A DNA stretch of 64,000 bases from Squalus acanthias (taxonomy: Eukaryota): the NCBI GenBank assembly GCA_030390025.1, contig CM059432.1:144958001-145022000 (forward strand), in the 5' to 3' direction. Below the pieces are notes generated by a model that did not search any database, was not told the DNA's origin, and was given only the letters and a program-made list of their open reading frames with translations. Both the position numbers and the translations under genes were made by a program. Of this stretch, positions 38,051-49,596 are shown in pieces. Position 1 is the first letter of the stretch, and each line of letters begins with the position of its first letter.

Positions 38051-38884
38051 GCACATCAAGCAGGCGGATTCTCATTAGGGGAATATAGACTTCACCTTGG
38101 AGACAGGAAAATTATTCTTAAAAAAGCAACAGAAAAGCTTATGGGAGGGAGCTTAAGACTGAAGATAATCCTTTCCCCTCCCCCTCCCTCTCTTGCGCTC
38201 TCCCCCCACCCCACCCCCACCATTCCTTCCCTCCCTCTCTCCCCCATCATCAAGAATATCACTCGCCTTTGACCTGTGAAGTATAAATAAAGAAAGCTGC
38301 AGGGATTTTAGTTTTGAAACAGGCTCTCTGGTGGGACAGGCAGGACTCTGTGCTGAAACTGCAAACATTCCTTAACGCACATGTTTATGATTTTGTGAAC
38401 AGAAGAAATCTCTCCCCATCCCCCACTCTAAAGCTCTGACTTCACTCTGGGTCCAGCCAGACTAGGCTGCGAATTGCCACGGATACGAGATAGGCCTCCT
38501 TTGCTCCAGTCCAGAAATATACCGCAGCCCACAAGAAAGCCAATTCTCTGCACCTTCAAGGCAGGGACGGAATGGGTCACATATCTTTCAGACCTATCAT
38601 AAATCTTTCAGACACATCATAAATCTTTCAATGGTGCTAGCTTCAATCAGGGCCTACAATCTACGAGGGATTGAGCAGCCAGTGTGTGATTTAATACAAG
38701 TCTGAGATAGGGTTCTACATATCCACGTGACAAGCATCGACCTAAAACATAGATTCACTCACATCCCTCGCCCTGACCCCCGTTAATCACCAATAAACCA
38801 ACAATAGGTTTGCTATTTTCATGAAACCCACTGACACTTTTAATATTCAGAAGTACAGATGCTGAAACCTGGTCATTCTTAAAC

Positions 38885-39460
38885 CCACTGAGTGCGCTCA
38901 ATGGGTAGCACTCTCTCACCTCTGAGTCAGAAGGTTGTGGGTTCAAGTCCCACTCCAGAGACTTGAGCACATAATCCAGGCTGACACGCCCAGCACAGTA
39001 TTGAGGGAGTGCTGCACTGTCGGAGGTGCCGTCTTTCGGATAAGGCATTAAACCGAGGCCCCGTGTGCCCTCTCAGGGTGGCTATAAAAAAATCCCATGG
39101 CACTATTTGAAGAAGAGCAGGGGAGTTCTCCCTGGTGTCCTGGCCCTCAACCAAACATCACTAAAACAGATCATCTGGTCATTATCTAAAAGAAAGAAAG
39201 ACTTGTATTTCTACAGTGCCTTTCACGACCTCAGGACGTCCCATAGCTCTTTACAGCTGATAAAGTGCTTTTTGAAGTGTAGCCACCGTTGTGATGTAGG
39301 AAATGATCTCATTGCTGTTGTGGGAGCTTGCTGTGCGCAAATTGGCTGCCACGTTTCCTACATTACAACAGTGGCTACACTTCAAAAAGTAAGTCATCGG
39401 CTGTAAAGCTCTTTGGGATGTGTTGAAGATCTGAAAGGCTCTCTATAAATGCAAGTTCTT
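38885..39460 (+). mobile_element. Deu-domain SINE with an internal inverted tail fragment (about 39190-39303)
   Basis: Head, core and tail match 29312; an opposite-strand tail piece is inserted. Confidence 0.75.
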
Positions 39461-39743
39461 TCTTTACCAAGCTCTCCTCCTAGAGTTTCCCTTCTCCTTC
39501 AAGCCACAATTTTAGCAGAAGTCCCGTTGATAATCACAGGGCAATAGTCCAAAGTAATCGAGTCAGTCTGCCCATCAGCACCCACTGGGAAATAAATGGT
39601 TGCTTAACCAGGATAAATAGCAAAAGTCATTCTACCTGTACAATTCCAATGGGAAGCAAAGAATAGCTTGTTCTGTTTGAAGGGGGTATCCAGTCCTCTT
39701 TACACCAGCATCTTCCGCAACATAGGTCAGCAGCAATACTTAC

Positions 39744-39933
39744 GTAGAATCTAATTTCGTTCCATCCATCAGCGTTGCATTGTAGTGATACTTGATGTAG
39801 TCTCCTTTCTTGCTCAGGATGGTGCAGTTACTGGGTTTGTGCCGGGTCTTGATCTCGATTTCATCAGATGGGTTGTGGGCATCAATCAGATGGATGTGAA
39901 AAACTAGGACAGCAGAGCCAGGGATACTTCCAC
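39744..39933 (-). CDS. FKBP9: FKBP9 exon 7
   Basis: 190 nt: GSIPGSAVLVFHIHLIDAHNPSDEIEIKTRHKPSNCTILSKKGDYIKYHYNATLMDGTKLDS; GTAAGT donor. Confidence 0.95.
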
Positions 39934-40472
39934 CTATTTCAGATACGAAAGTGCAGGACAGAACAGCGCTGGTTAAATGTCTGGGAGAAAATCCGCTCAC
40001 GACAAAAATGCTGGACGACAATCAATTCAGATCTCAACCTTTCCTGGTCCAAGGTTGCGAGACTGGGGGAAGAAATCCAAGAGCAGTGAGCCCAGGGCAC
40101 TGAGATTTTGAGCTACAACAGCAGTTCTCTTTTATTTAGGAACAACAAGGTAAATCAATTATGCAAATTGTGTAACTGCTTGTACAAATCATGTTGATTT
40201 TTCCCAGTAATGGGACCGGTTTAGCACAGAGGGGAATCCTATTCAAGGGTCACCATGGCAACAAGAAAAATTATATTTTTAAATAATGTCAAACAAATTT
40301 CAGATAAGACCCATTAGTTGCTTTTATAAAATGGGGTGTACTTTAAACAAAAATTACCTCTAGCCTTTTAGACACAAGTTACACTGCAATTTTAGAATAT
40401 TGCTAGAATTTCCTCTCTAAGATTGATTAATACAACCACACACACACACACCAACTTCCATATCTTACTTAC

Positions 40473-40618
40473 TTATTCCTTCTTCACCATATCCCAGGTG
40501 AGGTGGGATGGTAATCGTTCTTTTCTCTCCAATACACACGCCCAGTAATCCTTCCTCCATCCCTACAATAATGTAGCCCTTTCCTATGTATGTGTTGTAA
40601 GTGCGATTCCGGGAATAG
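40473..40618 (-). CDS. FKBP9: FKBP9 exon 6
   Basis: 146 nt: [48 protein letters not shown]. Confidence 0.95.
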
Positions 40619-41868
40619 CTGTAAAAGAAACCAGACATTTTGGACAGGTGATTTTCTCACTTCAGACATGCAGAACTAGAAGGAAGCAGCTGCCCCTACT
40701 GGTCCAGTCTGTACCGTCTCCCTCCCTTCCTTTTCACACACACAATACAGGAGAGGGGTAAAAGCATCCATGACAAATCCCAGATGTATCAGGTAATCTC
40801 TCTCCATAGTAATGACTCAGAAGAGATGTGAAAATGTGCAGATCTGAAGAGGAGGGTTATCCCTCCAGTCTCTCCGCAATTCCTCCTCCACAGCCCGTCT
40901 CCTCACTCAAACCTCCACACATACCCAATCTCAAACTCTCTTGCTAACGTTCACAATCTCACTGCTGACTCTCAGGCACACCTCCATCGCAAGACATACT
41001 AATGTGTGGACTGGGATACCCCAGCAACACTTGCAGCTGTCTATTCTGCTCAGTTGATGCATCACCCCCACAGTGCTCCCTGTATGGAATGACTGGGCGT
41101 TTTGAAGTAGGGAACTGGTGGGATTGGACCAGGAGCTGTCAGGCGGGACTTGGTGCAAAATGCGAAAAACTCTCAGCTCCTTCTCGGGAGCAGTTCACGA
41201 TTTCAGACAATCACTGATCCCAGCGTGGCGTTTCCCCACTCACTGCTTAGTGCTCTAATCTTCCATTCATGGGAAGATGCAAATCAAGTATTATTAAAAA
41301 TGAAACTGGGCTACGATGATGGCGGAGGGAGTTGATCCGATGAACGGGCCAGCCACAGGTCCCAGGATTAGTTGCCATCATTGGCCTCTAGTAGGGAGCA
41401 GAGAAACTGGTCGCAGTTCTCTCTCCTGGTCGCTGTCCAGTGACCCCTGCCACATCTGGGCATTAGCTGGGCACGGGATCAGAGTTAGCTGTGCGATTCG
41501 TGGTGTCAAACAGCTTGCTGACAACTCACCGCCAAGGCTCAATGAATGGGTCATTCGGGTGAGACACCAGAGGATAAATCAGCACCTCTGCAATGGTAGC
41601 CCAGAGAGAGGCAACGCCTCGCCGGCTGGTGGGAAAAGGTGGTTTAGGAATGAATAGTCATTACAGCCTTTTCCTTGCACGCTGTTGACCACCTGTAATC
41701 CAGCAGGTTTGTGAAACAATTTCTACTTTAATTCAAGAACTTTAAGCTGCGATTATCTCCCTCGCACCCTTAGGAGCTGTATCCATCTTCATTTAATTTC
41801 CATAGACGATCTCACAAGTTGGGTCAAGTTATACATTGGACACAGACTCCTCAAGAAATTACAACATT

Positions 41869-42611
41869 GGCCCAGAAATTAAAGAATGAGTGTTGACACG
41901 GGGGTAAGGCTTCCCCGCGATCTCTCACTCCGCGTTGGCTTTTTCAGATCCAGCTCGCACGAACTTGATGTTCTAGACATCAGCTGGGCAGTGCTTGCGT
42001 ATCCCACCGGCGTAGTGAATTCGTGCGAGCTGTGGGATCACGTGACTCAGTTAGAGCCAATGGCAGCACACCATCTTCCATTCATAAGTTTCACATACGT
42101 GCTGTGAAAGCTATGAATCTTACACACCCCCAAAATAACAGCTAAACCTCAATTAAATTTAAAAAAAACCCATCACATTAATAAAATAAGTATAGTTAAA
42201 TAAATTAACCATTTTAAATAAAAAATTAAATTTTTGAAAAAATTTAAAATCTTTTAAAAAGTTATAAAAATAAACTTACCTGTCTTTAAAGTCTCTAAAA
42301 AAGATATACCTGTTAAAAAAAATTCAAAATAATACTTAATTCACTACTTACCTTGTTAAAAGTGGGTCTTACTCCTCCTTTTTTCATTTCTAAAATCTTC
42401 CGTCCTTACCTGCGCGTCCAAAGCACTAAGTGCACAGCGTGCGCGCAGCCTGTAGCGCGCACGCGGTGCACCGAGGAACCGCCCCCTTTTCCAAAAACCA
42501 AGTGCCGGTTTTCAGCGCATGCGCAGTGCATGCAGAAAACCGGCAATTGGAGTGGGAATACGCGAGAGTACACAGTGCGTACTCTCGCGTCGCGGGACTA
42601 ATTTTTGGGCC
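41869..42611. mobile_element. Non-autonomous DNA transposon (PIF/Harbinger-like)
   Basis: TIR GGCCCAGAAATT / AATTTTTGGGCC, ATT on both flanks (3-bp TSD), GC-rich subtermini and AT-rich centre. Confidence 0.6.
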
Positions 42612-43106
42612 ATTATGTAGAGGACTCCGTTTTGAGAATTTAAGAATAATTTCAAACTCAAAAGTTAAAGAAAGATCAGACCTAGGCCCAAGTTCCATTT
42701 GGAAAGATTATCTGATCACGAAAGATCTCGAGGACTGATTTTTTTGCTTTCTTGCGAAGCACCATTGGACTAAAACTAACTGGGATAACTGCGTGGAACC
42801 GGGTAACAAGCCACACAGAGTGGGAGCACCCTCACCTTCAGATTCCCCTCAGAGTGACACACCGCCATTGGACATTCGCTGCCATCCTTGACCGTTACTG
42901 GGTCAATATCTTGGAATTCCCTGAGAGAGACCATCACTACAGGGTTTAAGAAGAAGACCCGCCACCACCTTCTCAGGGCAGTGTAGACACGTCCTGTGTC
43001 ATTCACATTCCCAGAACAAATAACAACAGACACTGTAAGGCGTTAAAATAACTAGACTATACCGACTATAGAGTCATAGAGTCATAACTGAAACACCAAA
43101 AGATAC

Positions 43107-43296
43107 CTCGAGTCAAACAAAGTGCCATCCATAAGCGTGCCATTGTAATGATATCTCACAAAATCTCCTGCTTTAGTCTTCCTGGGACAGGGATCCGGAA
43201 CAAATTCCTGTTCAATGGCAACACTGTCTTTTGGATTGTGGAAATCGATCAAAGACACATGAAAGACCAGGGTAGCTTGTGAGGGAATATCTTTTC
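43107..43296 (-). CDS. FKBP9: FKBP9 exon 5
   Basis: 190 nt: [62 protein letters not shown]. Confidence 0.95.
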
Positions 43297-44268
43297 CTGC
43301 AATATTAAAGCAGAGGTTACAATTTAGCTAAAGATACACAATGACGTGCCACTTATAACATCCAGTTGCTGCAAAATACCAAAACACAAATTGCATTTTT
43401 TCTTCAAAGCGTTTACAAAGTGTTTGCTCATTTTGGGCAGCTCCCTCCCCAACTTTGCTGTATTTTACACCCGTGCTGATTACTTCTGCCTGTTGCTAAA
43501 ACACAGAGACCTTTACAAAGCAAAGCAGTTTCATAGCTTCGGTAACGTACATTCACATGGCAAGGAGCAAGGATGCCTACCCTCCCCAGCACTGCTATTC
43601 TAGTAAAGCCACGAGTTTAAGATCTACCTTAAAATGCAAGCCCTGTGTGGGATTACCCTCTCACCGTACACTGTGTGGGATTACTCTTCCCAACAGTCCT
43701 TAGTCTGGACTAGCCAGCACTGAAGATGCAGCATTGACATTCATATCTTCACAGAAATGATAACGTGTATTACTGAATGGGGAACAGTTTTGAAACATTT
43801 GTAAAGTAGTCAAACATATGATCTCCCCAAACAGCCGCACCCAGCCATTCGGTTTCAGATTACCCAATGGAAAATCCAACTGTTTGACTCAACAGTTATG
43901 AATTCATAGAACGTATATTTAACCTTTATGAGTAAGAGGATCATCAACTAAACTACCTGACGTAAGAAAACTACTAGGCACTTGGTCTAAGCGTTAAACA
44001 AAGCTTTAATCAACTGTTTTTCAACATGGAGATCTAGTTGTGGCCTTCACTAGTTCCTGTTGAGGAATGTCCTGAGCAAGCTGGGCCCATGCCCGAGTAT
44101 TTATACTCTCCCTGGACAGCGCCGCCAGCAGGCCGCCCAGTATTACTTCATACATGAATGACAAGATTCATGTCACTACCGTTAGGGATTCAGGCAGATT
44201 TGCCCCCGATTGACGTGCACCACGTTTCACGCAGTAGGATGGCCAGACTACAATGCTACTGAGCTTAC

Positions 44269-44414
44269 CGTCTCCTCTGTCTCCATAGCCCAGGAAAGGC
44301 GGCATAGTGATGGTCCTTTTCTCTCCCATGCACATGCCCAGCAGCCCCTCGTCCATGCCCGGGATCAGCCAGCCGATTCCAATGTAGGTGTCGTAGGTTT
44401 GCTGGCGCGTGTGA
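44269..44414 (-). CDS. FKBP9: FKBP9 exon 4
   Basis: 146 nt: [48 protein letters not shown]. Confidence 0.95.
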
Positions 44415-44569
44415 CTGCAAGGACAAGGCAGAGAGCAATGGGCAAGGGGGGACAAAACACTGCAAACAGCAGCTTCAGCAAGTCAGCAATTCAGAAAGAT
44501 TAATAATAATCAAACAACAATACGCAGCCAGCTGGGGCAAAATGAAATGAAGCCCCAATAATGTGCTAC

Positions 44570-44759
44570 CTGGAGTCGAAGAGGGTGCCATCCAGGAGAG
44601 TTCCGTTGTAGTGATAACGGACAAAGTCAGACACCTGCACTGTGCGGCTGCAGTTCTCAGGTTTATAGTAAACATCGATCCTCACTTTATCTTCAGGGTT
44701 CCAGATATCAAGCATCAATACATCGAAGTACAAGGTGGCATCGGGTGGGATCATATCAG
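44570..44759 (-). CDS. FKBP9: FKBP9 exon 3
   Basis: 190 nt: [62 protein letters not shown]. Confidence 0.95.
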
Positions 44760-44864
44760 CTGTGCATTAAAAATAACAGAAGTCACGTGGAGCATTGTGT
44801 TCAGTTCTGGGTACTGCACCTCAGGATGGATACATTGGCGCCTTGGAGGGGGTGCAGTGCAGAT

Positions 44865-45500
44865 CAACAACAACAACTTGTATTTATATACCGCCTTTAA
44901 TGTAGTAAAACGCCCCCCAGGGCGCTTCACAGGAGTTATAAAACCAAGATTTGATACTGAGCCACATGAGGAGAAATTAGGGCAGGTGACCAAAAGCTTG
45001 GTCAAAGAGGTAGGTTTTAAGGAGCATCTTAAAGGAGGAGAGAGGTAGAGGCGGAGAGGTTTAGGGAGGGAATTCCAGAGCTTAGGGCCCAGGCAGCTGA
45101 AGGCACGATCACCAATGGTTGAGCGATTAAAATCAGTGATGCTCAAGAGGCCAGAATTAGAGGAGCGCAGAGATCTCGGGAGGTGTGGGGGGCTGGAGGA
45201 GTTTATAGAGATTGGGGGGGGGGGAGGAGAGAGGAGACGAGGCCATGGAGGGATTTGAAAACAAGGATGAGAATTTTGAAATCAAGGCGCTGCTTAACCG
45301 GGAGCCAATGTAGGTCAGCGAGCACAGGGGTGATGGGTGAACGGATGACCTCAAGTTTACGTAGGGTAGAACGTGGGAGGCCTGCCAGGGTGAGTTGGAA
45401 TAGCCAAGTCTAGAGGTAACAAAGGCACGGATGAGGGTTGCAGCAGCTGATGAGCTGAGGCGGGGGCAGAGACGGGCGATGTTACAGAGGTGGAAATAAA
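44865..45500 (-). mobile_element. L2 LINE 3' fragment
   Basis: YFHLCNIARL..AATLIRAFVTSRL; GDRAFSCLGPKLWNSLPK; (TTG)n tail. Confidence 0.85.
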
Positions 45501-45975
45501 TCACCAGAATGATACCGGGGCTTAGAGGGTTAAAATACGAGGACAGGTTGCATGAACTTGTCTTGTATTCCCTTGCGTATAGGAGACGGAGGGGTGATCT
45601 GATCACGGTTTTTAAAATGTTAAAAGGATTCGATAGGGTAGATACGGAGAAACTGTTTCCTCTGGTGGGGGGGAAATCCAGGACAAAGGGGCATAACCTT
45701 AAAATTAGAGCTCGGCCGTTTGGGGTGAAATCAGGAAGCATTTTTTCACACAAAGTGTAGTGGTAATCTGGAACTCTTGCCCCCAAAAAGTCTGTGGATG
45801 CTGAGGGTCAATTGGAGCTTTCAAGACTGAGCTCGATAGATTTTTGTTGGGTAAGGGTATCAAGGGATATGGAGAAAAGGCAGGGAAATGGAGTTGAGGT
45901 ACAGATCAGCCATGACCTAATCGAATGGTGGAGCAGGCTCAAGGGGCTGAATGGTCTCCTCCTGTTCCTATGTTC
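45500..45975 (+). mobile_element. CR1 3' fragment
   Basis: MIPGLRGLKYEDRL..RRRGDLITVFK..SRTKGHNLKIR. Confidence 0.85.
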
Positions 45976-46069
45976 CAAAGGAGATGCATCACTTGAAGAT
46001 CCAAATCGAGGACTACTCCAATTTGTAATTAAAGATTAAAAAAAGGGCATTAGCCGGAATCCTACTTAC

Positions 46070-46215
46070 ACAGTCCTTCATCGCCGTAAGCCAAGTGAGG
46101 GGGCACTTTTATGAAGCGTCTTTCGTTTACACACATCCCGATCAGAGCTTTATCCATCCCGGCAATCAGTCGCCCTTTACCCACAAACACATCGTGAGTG
46201 GAGCCACGGTCATAG
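46070..46215 (-). CDS. FKBP9: FKBP9 exon 2
   Basis: 146 nt: [54 protein letters not shown] donor. Confidence 0.95.
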
Positions 46216-46409
46216 CTGGAAGACAGCGACAGGGTCAGTGAGCAGCCCGAGAATCAGGGACACTTCAAACTCTCACAACTTGTAACTACACGGATTTCAA
46301 ACGTTACAGAAATCTGAGCACAGTTACAGAGTTTAAACACCAAACTAAAGATGCCCGGGGACTAAAAACCAATAACCTCACACTACAAAAATACATGGAA
46401 TACAAAATA

Positions 46410-47785
46410 ACTTTTAATTCATTCTCAGGATGTGGGCGTCGCTGGCAAGGCCGGCATTTATTGCCCATCCCCAATTGCCCTTCTTGAACCGTTGTAGTCT
46501 GTGTGGTGAAGGTGCTCCCACAGAACAGTTAGGTAGGGAATTCCAGGATTTTGACCCAGTGACGATGAAGGAACGGCCGATATATGCCCACGTCAGGATG
46601 TTGTGTGACTTGGGGGGGAACTTGCAGATGATGGTGTTCCCATGCGCCTGCTGCCCTTGTCCTTCTAGGTGGAAGAGGTCGCGCATTTGGGAGTTGCTGC
46701 CTGAAGAAGCCTTGGCGAGTTGCTGCAGTGCATCTTGTAGATGGTACACACTGCAGCCACGGTACGGCGGTGGTGGAGGGAGTGAATGTTTAAGGTGGAG
46801 GGTGGGGTGCCAATCATGCGGACTGCTTTGTCCTGGATGGTGTTGAGCTTCTTGAGTGTTGTTGCAGCTGCACTCATCCAGGCAAGTGGAGAGTATTCCA
46901 TCACACTCTTGACTTGCGCCTTGTAGATGGTGGAAAGGCTCTGGGAGTCAGGAGGTGAGACACTCGCTGCAGTATACCCAGCCTCTGACCTGCTCTTGTA
47001 GCCACAGTATTTATGTGGCTGGTCCAGTTGAGTTTCTGGTCAATGGTGACCCCCCCCCCAAGGATGTTGATGGTGGTGGATTTGACGATGGTAATGCTAC
47101 TAAATGTGAAGGAGTGGTGCTTAAGACTCTCTCTTGTTAGAGATCATCATTTGCCTGGCATTTGTATGGGGTGAATGTTACTTGCCACTTATCAGCCCAA
47201 GCCTGGATGTTGTCCAGGTCATGCTGCATGCGGGCACGGACTGCTTCATTATCTGAGGAGTTTCGAATGGAGCTGAACACTGTGCAATCAACAGTGAACA
47301 TCCCCATTTCTGACCTTATGATGGAGGGAAGGTCATTGATGAAGCAGCTGAAGATGGTTGGGCCGAGGATACTGCCCTGAGGAACTCCTCCAGCGATGCC
47401 CTGGGGCTGAGATGATTGGCCTCCAACAACGACAACCACCTTCCTTTGTGCTAGGTATGACTCCAACCAGTGGAGAGTTTTCCCTCAAATCCCCATTGAC
47501 TTAAATTTTACTAGGGCTCCTTGATGGCACACTCGGTCAAATGCTGCCTTGATGTCAAGGGCAGTCACTCTCACCTCACCTCTGGAATTCAGCTCTTTTG
47601 TCCATGTTTGGACCAAGGCTGTAATGAGGTAGGGAGCCGAGTGGTCTTGGCGGAACACAAACTGAGCATAGGTGAGCAGGTTATTGGTAAGTACTACTTC
47701 ATAGCACTCTTTGCTGATCATTGAGAGTAGGCGGATGCAGCAGTAATTGGCCGGACTGGATTTGTCCTGCTTTTTGTGGACAAGA
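46410..47785 (-). mobile_element. CR1/Zenon-like LINE 3' part
   Basis: ALDIKAAFDRV, GVPQGSILGP; same family as 13000. Confidence 0.9.
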
Positions 47786-48053
47786 CTATAGATTATATAA
47801 ATACATGGAATAAAAATCAAAATATAAACCCCAGTAACGCCACATTGTATAACCCCATATTATTTAAAAAAACCTCTAATTCTATATTAGACACGGAATA
47901 AGGATTCTCGCCCCTCCCCCTAATGAATGAAGTTGACGCGTGGACACGTCCGACTTTTGTTGGAAACTGCGCTTCAGTTTAAATTGATTTTAACAAGACT
48001 ATAAAACATTGTAAAGGCGGGTGGGATTTGGGGTTCGGGTCGGGCTCCGGTAC

Positions 48054-48256
48054 CTGGAGTCGAACTGGCGGCCCCCGGGGAAGGTGCCCAAGAAATGGTA
48101 GCGGACGAAGTCGCCGAGCTCGGCCGCCCGGACACACTCCTTCGGCACAAACTTCCTCTCCACCGCCACATCGTCCAGGGGCACGGGCGGCGCTTTACAC
48201 CGCACCAGACTGAGCAGGAGAGCGGGGACAATCAGTAAGTACAGGCCGCCGATCAT
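48054..48256 (-). CDS. FKBP9: FKBP9 exon 1 (signal peptide, start of PPIase domain 1)
   Basis: MIGGLYLLIVPALLLSLVRCKAPPVPLDDVAVERKFVPKECVRAAELGDFVRYHFLGTFPGGRQFDS; all ten exons splice in frame (1701 nt). Confidence 0.95.
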
Positions 48257-49149
48257 CGTGCCCCGGCTCAGTTCAGCTCAGCTCCGTCCGCCTGGAGATC
48301 TCGCAGCTCCGGCTCTGTCCCCCCCCCCCAGCAGCAGCAAGTGGCAACGTGTGAGTCGGGGGCCGGCCCAGCCCGAGGGGGAGGAAGGGGAGGAGGATGA
48401 GGGTGAGGAGGGAGGCCCGGCCCGGGGAAAGCGGCTTTGCCCGAGTTGTGCTCCCACTCTCCGGGAGTCACACCCGCCCGGCCGAGCCCTCGCCCATTCC
48501 CCGCCAGAGACACGCCATGAATCTGCCCCCGGGGAGGGGGGTTTAAACCGGGAGGTTTCTGGGGAGAAGGAGCCAGATTAGGGAACGGCCTCGCCCCCGC
48601 CATTGGTCACAATGTATCCAGTGTGAAAGAAACATTCGGGGGATCTGCGCACTGATTGGCTGCGGCGGATGTCAATCATCCGCGGGGCTGCCGCGATAGG
48701 CTGAAGCGAAGTAACAGTTGCAACTGTAGCCAAACCGGCGTAACGGAGAGTGGGCAGCGTTAGAGCGGCGTACGGGAGAGTGGGTACCGTTAGAGCGGCG
48801 TAACGGAGAGTGGGTAGCGTTAGAGCGGCGGAACGGAGAGTGGGTAGCGTTAGAGCGGCGTAACGGAGAGTGGGTGGTGTTAGAGCGGCGTAACGGAGAG
48901 TGGGCAGCGTTAGACGGCAGTGTTAGAGCGGTGCAGTGGGCAGCGTTAGAGCGGCGGAACGGAGAGTGGGTAGCGTTAGAGCGGCGTAACGGAGAGTGGG
49001 TGGTGTTAGAGCGGCGTAACGGAGAGTGGGTGGTGTTAGAGCGGCGTAACGGAGAGTGGGCAGCGTTAGACGGCAGTGTTAGAGCGGTGCAGTGGGCAGC
49101 ATTAGAGCGGCGGAACGGAGAGTGGGTAGCGTTAGAGCAGCGGAGCGGG
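48257..49149. promoter_or_regulatory. CpG-rich putative bidirectional promoter / 5'UTRs of FKBP9 and CRTAP
   Basis: 893 bp between divergent ATGs; inverted CCAAT boxes (ATTGG 48602-48606, 48655-48659); GC-box-like CCTCGCCCCCGCC; high CpG. Confidence 0.75.
48736..49146 (+). repeat. 30-bp CpG-rich minisatellite directly upstream of the CRTAP ATG
   Basis: About 13 units of CGGCGTAACGGAGAGTGGGYAGCGTTAGAG, with two longer variant units. Confidence 0.95.
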
Positions 49150-49596
49150 ATGTGTCGATTGGCTTCAGTTTGCGTGTTTCTGGTGTGCTGGTGCGCCGGG
49201 CTCGCACAGTACGAGAAGTACAGTTTCCGGAGCTTTCCCCGGGACGAGTTGATGCCGCTGGAATCGGCGTACCGACATGCGCTGGACCAATACACGGCGG
49301 AGAACTGGCAGGAGAGCGTGGACTACCTGGAGATGAGCCTGAGGCTGCACCGCCTGCTCCGGGACAGCGAGGCTTTCTGTAACCTCAACTGCAGCACGGT
49401 CCGGGCCGAGGACCCGGCTCACTTCGGCCACTTCACCGAGCTCCACATCTTCAGCAACATCATGAAGCGAGCCCAGTGTCTGAAGAGGTGCAAACAGGGC
49501 TTGCCGGCCTTCCGCCAGTCTCGGGCCAGCAGGGAAACCCTGGAGGACTTCGAGAAGCGGGAAGTCTACAAGTTTCTCCAGTATGCTTACTTTAAG
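49150..49596 (+). CDS. CRTAP: Cartilage-associated protein exon 1
   Basis: Signal peptide then [67 protein letters not shown]; the diagnostic stretches match recalled CRTAP, not P3H4. Confidence 0.93.

Noticed and set aside
41330..41640. Possible old SINE remnant or conserved element in FKBP9 intron 5
   Set aside because: Only a vague resemblance from memory; no second copy in the window to support it
48590..48660. ERSE (CCAAT-N9-CCACG) ER-stress elements
   Set aside because: Both CCAAT boxes lack CCACG at the required spacing
48672..49295. 207-aa antisense ORF and the GTG-started 248-aa ORF as separate genes
   Set aside because: Open frames caused by the 30-bp repeat and GC-rich exon; the ATG at 49150 precedes a signal peptide
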